Positions 56,380 to 64,000 of a DNA stretch of 64,000 nt are shown piece after piece. Numbering within the stretch: position 1 is the stretch's first letter; each line of letters opens with the position of its first letter. Below the pieces are notes generated by a model that worked only from the letters and a program-made list of their open reading frames with translations, did no database searches and was not told the origin of the DNA. The position numbers and the translations under genes were made by a program. Source of the DNA: Octopus vulgaris (lineage: Eukaryota); assembly GCA_951406725.2 (NCBI GenBank), contig OX597824.1, forward strand, positions 51,646,001 through 51,710,000. Direction: 5' to 3'.

Positions 56380-59300
56380 GGACTGTACATGACTTGATGA
56401 TTCCTAAAAGATCTATGCAGAACAATCTCTAGATCATGTGTTACTCTATAGTGATGGTTGGATGTCGATGTTGTTTTATCCAATTGAAATTATTCAAGAA
56501 GATTGATTGTCGATAAGGTCCTATGCCAATTTCGGTCACTATCATTCTATCACCCTATATATAGCTTAATGTTTATATATTATAGTTTGCCACATTATGT
56601 TTATATATACACACTCCCATGGCAATTGAACGTTACGTATTTGTGTTGTCATTATTAGTTGAGGGTTGGATAAAAATACTTTTGTGGTATTTAGTTACAT
56701 TTTGAGTTCTAACCCCACAAGCATCAAATTTGCTTTTCTTAGCTCCAGGGTTGATAAAACAAAAACCAGCTAGGTATGAGGATGTGGTGTGTGGATATAA
56801 CCAACTATTCTCCTTCCTCTAAAACTTTTGCAGCCTTGTGCATATGAAAGAAATTCTTGTTTTCATCATAAGGTTAATAAAAGCCACCCAGAGTGACATT
56901 GTATTTGATCATTGTGAATTCAATAAAATAAATGTCACAGTTGTTGATATTCTTAAACAGGTCAGCTTTAAGTGAGTAGACGTATGAACATGGGTATTAC
57001 AGCTGTGATAATTCCATCTTTTTGTATATCTAGGATTACATTATCATTTGTGACTAAAAGAAATGACAATAGGGTGTAATTTGAGGGGAATTTGACTATT
57101 ATTTCTAGCAGTTCAAATAGAATCTCTCTTTCATTGGCTTCAATAAACACACGTTATATAGTGAGGTAGATTCAATCTTCTCTCTCTTTCTCTCCTACAA
57201 ATATGTAGTCGGACAAGTAGGCAAGATATTTTGTTATTATTACTTGAAATTCCTCCATCCCTGTTGGCTCGAGTTAAGAGGGTGGGAAAACACGATTAAT
57301 GTAACTTTGATCTCTGATTATGTTTAAAGAAACTACACTGAATCACTCCCACATTAGCCTTTTATCCCATATGTGTATCTTATGTTCGGCGTTAATTGAA
57401 AACCAAAAATAATATCATTTACTGGTCTCTTTTCTTTATTTACTTTAAAAATAATGTTGTTACATTAAATATTTCTATTTATTTAAACTCCACAATAGTC
57501 TCAAATATCATACATGATATTGTTTAGTGCTTCATATGGCAAGGATTGTTAGTAATGCTAGTGCGATGCAAAGATTGGCAGAAAGTTCGTTCTTCGAAAA
57601 CTATTCTAAGATGTTGGTGCTGCCCTCTAACCTGTGCGCTTGGCGTGCGCATATAACCAGGGAAAGAATAAATATACTCGCACAAAAATTTCAAGATAAG
57701 ATCGAAATTTATTTTTTTTAATTGCAGAAATTGGAGCAATAGTTAGTCACATGGATGCACACACTTTGCAAAGAAAAGTAAAATCTATGCGTAATGTAGA
57801 TTTCTGCGCACACTCACAGTAAAATATTAGAACAGACGTTTCAAATGTGTGTGGTTATTACTATATCGAGAACCCATCTGTAATTCGAACCCTGGCTATT
57901 ATATTTTCCTGGTCTAGAACCATGAAGTTTCCATAAAAGGAGTCTCGTTATAGAAGTTAACGCCTTCGCAAATATGGCTTGTCCAATCAGAAGTGGTTAA
58001 TTTATACCTGAGGCGGCAATCTTCAAGAGAAGTATGCGAGTTTTTCCCCACCAAGCAGTTTGGCTGAAGATTCTAGGATGGTTAGCTGCTATAGACAAAT
58101 TCAACCTAACCAGAGAGCCGCTAAGGTGTCTTGGGGAACCTATGTCCCTTGTCTCAATTAGTTTTCTACCCATTTCTTTCACGTGTAAATAACATGCTTA
58201 GGTTGTACTTAATAAAAGCGCTAACTTTAACTTGTCCAGTAAGACATAATAATTATATGCGGTGATTAATTTCCCCTTGTACTAACTTCATTATAATACC
58301 CAATAAGTTATATTCAATAGATTCCTTACCATTGCGTTCATTAGATATTGATTTAAAAAATTTATTGGTTATACATTTGTAAATACATCGATAAAATATT
58401 TGGGTACTCAAACTTTAGCGTGGTCGTTGTCTATATACACAAGCTTCTTTACTTGTGAACAGCATAAGAAGAATATATGATTGACCATCGCACTAAACTA
58501 CTATAAACTAGGAAACTGGGCAATTAATAATCAAATATCACCTCATCAAGTGGATATACCTAGCCATTTTTGAGATTATTAGCTTAACGTCGAAATGACT
58601 GACTTAAAAAATGGGGCAATATTTCTTTATGTTGATTCATCGAGACAGTTTCAGCCGCTTAAAAAAATAAAAAAACCGATTATTACGCAATTGTATTGTT
58701 GCCAAATCGCTAATGTCAAAGAATGCTTGGTTTACTGATAACACTGTGTAACACGATTTTTGTCCTTGGGCAGCAACTGTTATTTCGTATTTGCTTACCC
58801 TTAGAAAGTATGAAAAATGGTTAATATTTCCTTCAAACTTTGCTTTTGTTACATTTATATAAACCCCAGCACATGGCTATGATGCTTCCCCATTACTCCA
58901 GCTTATGATCAGAGATGCACATATTGTCAACTATTAAGGGACAAGCTCAAGAAGTTGAGGTCAAACAACTGAGAAGCAAATCTATGATATTGAGCAGAAT
59001 ATATGATATAATGATATTTCTGCTTCAGCAACTCGGCGCTAAATCTGTCTGAAATGTAATGATTAGTTTCAAAATATTGATGTCTAGGTCACAAAAGCAA
59101 AGTCTGAAAGGAATAGTAGTCATTTCCTTATAATTCTAAATAGAAGCAAACACTTACTGACCAAAGACAAGTAAAAAAAATAATGATTTTGTTATACAGT
59201 GTAGTGTAAAGATTGGTTTTGATACATTTAGGTAATGCTGAAAGATACCATTAGGGTTATTGTTTTTAAATCTTAGAAATATGCTAGATGTATGCACCAC

Positions 59301-59514
59301 AGCGAGTTCAAAATCTGAATATTTGTCAGAAGTGACTAAAATGAGTCGACGAAAGGATATTCAAATGATTCGAAACGAAAAACAAATAATAATTAAAAGG
59401 AAGAAATATGAATATTATATATTTCATTGCAGAATAGATTTGACAATTACTCAAGAAAACGCGATGTTTAGAGTCGATTCCATAATTGACTATACTCCAG
59501 TCAGAGTGTAAATA

Positions 59515-59721
59515 TTTTGGTATGCCCTGCGAAAGGAAATCACTGAGTTATTTTTTCTCTTGTTATTGGAAGCAATTTCAGAGGAAGGGTCAAGTTGATT
59601 ACTTTGACCCCAGTGTTCAACTGATACTTATTTTATCGAGCCCGAAAAGATGAAATGTAAAGTCAACCTCGGGGAAATTTGAACTCAGAACGTAAAGATG
59701 GACGAAATGCTGCAAAGCATG
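59515..59721 (-). mobile_element. SINE family B, 5'-truncated with insert
   Basis: GACCCCAGTGTTCAACTG...AAAGTCAACCTCGGGGAAATTTGAACTCAGAACGTAAAG. Confidence 0.72.
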
Positions 59722-59759
59722 CTTTTTTTTATCTTAATTCTAAATGTATCCTATCATTC

Positions 59760-62520
59760 GATGTGGTCAGTTAGGACCTGGATTATACCAGAGCGCTAAT
59801 AAGCTACCTGCCAGGATTCCAAATCTTTCAAAAATATTCCATTACTACCCAAAAAAGGAATATTAAAAAAAAAATCTTATTGATAACACTAACTCTTTGA
59901 TACGCCGCATGAGATGTTGAGCCTGTCATTTTGATGGGAAAGAGAAGTGACGAAGTGACGATGACGGAAACACTATATACCTAAATCTTTGAGGATTCCA
60001 CTATCTAATCCACAACTCGCTGGATTTGAAGAAGAATTTTGGAATATTATTCGGAACGTAAAGTTCCATCGATTCTCTTTACGTAGAAACCAACACCTGA
60101 ACAAATTATACCTTTTAGTGAAGAAGCTACAAAAGAAACATGGAATTCTAGTAGACGTGGATAAAACTGATAATATAAACCACTTTGATTATAATCTATA
60201 TACTTCTCTAAATAGGAAAGAAATTCTGAAAAAATCTAAAATAATTCGAAAAATAATCTATCAAATATGAATTTACAGGCAAAGAAAATAGTAAAGAAAA
60301 TATAAGCATTTAGCATGTGGAACAGAACCTTGATTTAACCTGAGGGCTTAACTTCATTAATCTTTTGGTTAGAACTATATATCCCTCCCCGCGAAAAAAT
60401 AAAATGATATAGGCAAAATTAATGCGTATTATAAAAAAACATATACCTAAACTTAAAAAATTAATCAAACTTAAATTATGGTTTAGATTTATGAAGTCAT
60501 AATTTGGTTTACTGATATCAAGGATAGAAATACACTAAATTCATACAATTAAACATATATAATTACTATGCATCAATTAAACCAATTTCAATTAATAAAG
60601 CATTAATATCTGTAACAAGAAACTCAATCTTATCTAAATAAGAACATTATACTGGCTACCAAAAAACCCTTAATTAAATTTGAAGAAAAATAGGTCTGAT
60701 CAGCTCGACATTAACATGGGCTCCAGCGATTTCGCTCAAGTAATGGAATTAGAGGGAATTAATATTTTAAAATGTCTTAATAGTGAATTTCCGCATTTGC
60801 GAGGGGTGGGATTGTATGGAAATGACTCTCTCTCTACTGTATATAAATACTATAATGTAAATATAGAAAAATTCCAGAAAAAGCTCGTCAAATTATTTAA
60901 AGGTTCAGGTTTGTCTATTTCCATTGAAAATGAACATAATAAGGCGAACTTTGTAGATGTTAATTTAGATTTGGGTACGTAACACAACCGTAATACAAAG
61001 CCAATGATAAACTTAAATACGTAAGTAAACACTCAAATCAACCTAAGAATGCTACTGGTTCTATCGTTATAAATACTTCTCTTCGTATATCTAGACTATC
61101 TGCTAATGAAGAGTTATAATGAAATGGCCTAGCTGAAGCTAGATATAAAGATAAAATATTCTATATACCTAAGAATGAACTCAAAGAACATATGAATAAG
61201 GTTCATGTTATGAATAAAATAGCTGTAGGCAATAAAAAAAGTGAATGGAAAACAGAGAACCACGACAAGGATAATGTGATTTCCAGTCACCACGCCAAAA
61301 ATAATTAATAATAACAATAGTCACATAATGGATAACGATATGATTAAGTAAACCCCAAAATAAACATAGTAATAGACCTTTTAAGAAAACATACAATAGA
61401 CATAAAAACGGACTATAAAGAAAAACAGTGATCGCCTCACCAAAAAGAAAAGCTAGATTCAGACATATATTACAGTACAATGCCATCTTTGGGACACAGC
61501 CACAAACATACCTGCAAAACTTTTCGCTGCATTAGATAGGCACTTTCCTCTATCTAGCATGTAGAGCCAGATTTTTAATCGGCACATGAGTAGGTTTGCT
61601 TTTTCGATAAATAAGAACCTTGCGGTATACAATGTTAAGAACATTATAAGAACCTAGTAAAATTAATATTAATAGTAATAATGTGACTGGTGGTAATAAC
61701 TATACAGATATAGCAGAACATGATATATGAATGACTCTAACGGGACAATAAATACGCGTTTGGCTAACAATAGGAGTGAAAACGATAAATTAATTGAACC
61801 GAGTGAAGTATATAATAACACGCCCGATTTAACCTATAGCGAAACTACTAATACTAATAATAACAGGGCAATCTGTACTGATATTGACGGAGTATTTCTG
61901 CCAGTAGAAAGCATGGGGTTAATATTAATAAATATCATCGTAACTGTGTGAACAAATTATGTTCGCTTGAAGGAAAAAAACATAAAACAAACATAGTTTA
62001 TAGATGGACAGTAACAGCTGATGGCGTTTACAAATATTACATAAGGTAATGATTTACGGGCTTTAAGCAGAGATTGTGCAACCACCTTTCTTCGTTCAAA
62101 AATAGGGAAAAATTAATTGTACGGGTTTGAGGTGGTTCATCTGGTCTTTAAAGGATAAGAACACGAAATATGATATTAGATGGATAATAATTAGTAGAGC
62201 TTCACCATATAATATTGGGAACTCGAAGTGTAATTTCTGCTGGAAGAAATATCCCATATATTTACCTCTAACTACAATCGAAACGAATTAACTCTGAAAT
62301 ACGCGCAGTCTTTAGGAACGTATTCAAGTACACTCCAAATAAGGATTTTAGTCGGAGAGCCTAGTCAAAAATCGTAAATTTGCTCTAGTTAGTTTTTAGC
62401 AATCTCATAAGAAACATAATTCCTCTTTAGTTTTTAATTCTCCTTTTATTTCCTCTTTCTTTTGATTCTTTTTAAGCTATCTGTTTATATTATACAGTAT
62501 CATTCTATCTTCATTATGAG
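59760..62520 (+). mobile_element. Degenerate near-full-length Penelope-like element
   Basis: Remnants VDKT.N, 'MGSSDFAQVMELEG' (cf. MGSYDGAEVCELVG), 'GLYGNDSL' (cf. GLYRDDGL), NFVDVNLDL; GIY-YIG end 'IVYR.TV...FKQRL.NH.SSF...FIWSLKD......W.II.RA.PY......C.FC' at about 61990-62250. Many stops and frameshifts; boundaries approximate. Confidence 0.8.
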
Positions 62521-62566
62521 TGGTTAGTGAAATGAATGCATCCTGACCTAATTGAAGTTTCTTTTA

Positions 62567-63829
62567 TTCGGTTGGCAAGAAAGTAATTTCGTTTTCCGCA
62601 AATAGTTACGATTTATTTGAATGACTTTTGTGAATGTAATGATGTTTTCTTTTTGACACTTGATAGCCATTACTTTAAGCTTACTTTAGAAGCAAATTGC
62701 GCGTAATTTTGTTTACAGCTGTTAGTTCAGTGTCAATTTTAACATGGAGTGCAAAAACGAACACTTCCCCATATTTTTCTTTTTTTTATTTCAGCAAGAA
62801 AGCTGCTGAGGCTCACAAAAGGATATGTGAAGTTTATGGTGTTGATTGCTTAACAGAACACACATGTCAGAAATGGTTTTAAAAATTCCGTTCTGAAGAT
62901 TTTTCACTCAAAGGTGACCAACGTTTTGGTCGACCTACTGAAGTTGATGACCGAATCAAAGCCATAATTAAATCTGATTATCATTTGCGAGAGATTGCAG
63001 AGGTTAAATGTATCATACGCAGCAACTGGAAATCACTTAAAATGTCTTGGACTCGTTAAGAAGCTCGATATTTGGGTTCCACATAAATCGAAAGAGATTT
63101 ACTTAACAACGAATTAATATTTGCGATATGCATCTCAAACGCAATGAAATCGACCTTCCTTTTGAAACGAATCATCACTGGTGATGAAAAATGGATTGTC
63201 TACAATAATATCAATCAAAAACGATCATAGCTCAAGCATAATGAACCAGCACAAATCACATCGAAAGCTGAATTGCATATAAAAAAAGGTCATGTTGTCA
63301 ATTTTGTGGGATTACAAAGGTGTTGTGTATTTTGAGCTGCTTCCAAGGAACCAAACGATCAATTCAGATGTTTACTGTCAACAACTAATGAAACTAGAGG
63401 AATCAAAGAAAAACGGCCGAAATTAGCAAGCTGTAAAGGAGTCGTATTCCACCATGACAACGTTAAACCACACACGCCTTTATTAACTCGTGAAAAATTA
63501 TTGGAGCTTGGTTGAGAAGTGATGTCACAACCACCATATAGCCCTGATCTTGCACCATCAGATTACTATTTATTTCAAAGTTTGCAAAATTCTTTGGATG
63601 GTAAAACTTTCAATAATGGTGATGACCTGAAATCGCACCTGCTTCAGTTTTTAGCTGATAAGAACCAGAAGTTCTGTGAGCGCAGAATCATGAAATTGCC
63701 AGAAAGATGGCAAAATATCATCGAACAAAATGGGAAATATATAATTGATTTCAAGTTCATTCTTTGTATGATAGAAAAATGACTTTCAGTTCACACTAAA
63801 AATTCGAAATTAAATTTTTGCCAACCCAA
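62567..63829 (+). mobile_element. Full-length mariner (mellifera-subfamily-like), inactive
   Basis: Imperfect TIRs TTCGGTTGGCAAGAAAGTAATTTCG / CGAAATTAAATTTTTGCCAACCCAA; TA at 62565-62566 and 63830-63831; 1263 bp. Confidence 0.93.
62744..63750 (+). pseudogene. Mariner transposase pseudogene
   Basis: ATG at 62744 (MECKNEHF..), WVPH, ITGDEKWIVYNN, FHHDN, PPYSPDLAPSDYYLF; several stops and frameshifts. Confidence 0.9.
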
Positions 63830-64000
63830 TAATCAATAATACTAAGTATATAAAATAATCTATGCCCTCAAATTCTAAAAGGTCATTCTAAGTTTAAATG
63901 ATACTAAAACTATAGCCATATCGTATTTCAAAGCAATCTCTACTATCATGTGCACAATTTTATGATTTCCTCACCTAGAGTATAATATTAGAAAGACTAT

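Overview
AT-rich, microsatellite-dense animal genomic DNA. The SINE families and (GAT)n-tailed RTE LINE resemble octopus (coleoid cephalopod) repeats; this is inferred from recall, not from a search. The + strand carries the 3' end of an FMN/Cappuccino-subfamily formin. Six coding exons (3812-3995, 5404-5496, 8376-8427, 10341-10490, 48203-48293, 50580-50627) splice in frame via GT-AG junctions and encode the FH2 C-terminus plus a basic Spire-interacting (FSI-like) tail; one intron spans 37.7 kb. The rest is transposon debris: RTE LINEs, an R4/Dong-like LINE relic, two Penelope-like (PLE) relics, at least three tRNA-derived SINE families, non-autonomous Helitrons, several MITE/foldback elements, a mellifera-type mariner, and about 7 kb of (TA)n arrays. 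The most interesting signal is a set of sequence-unrelated type I hammerhead-ribozyme folds in small repeats flanked by TA microsatellites inside the formin introns. They comprise an intact one at 36478-36584 with a covarying tandem sister at 37575-37666 (retrozyme/PLE-like), a G3-C8 core-swap variant at 6770-6820, and degenerate ones at 15189-15263 and 25776-25813. Nearly all long ORFs in the supplied track are microsatellite artefacts.
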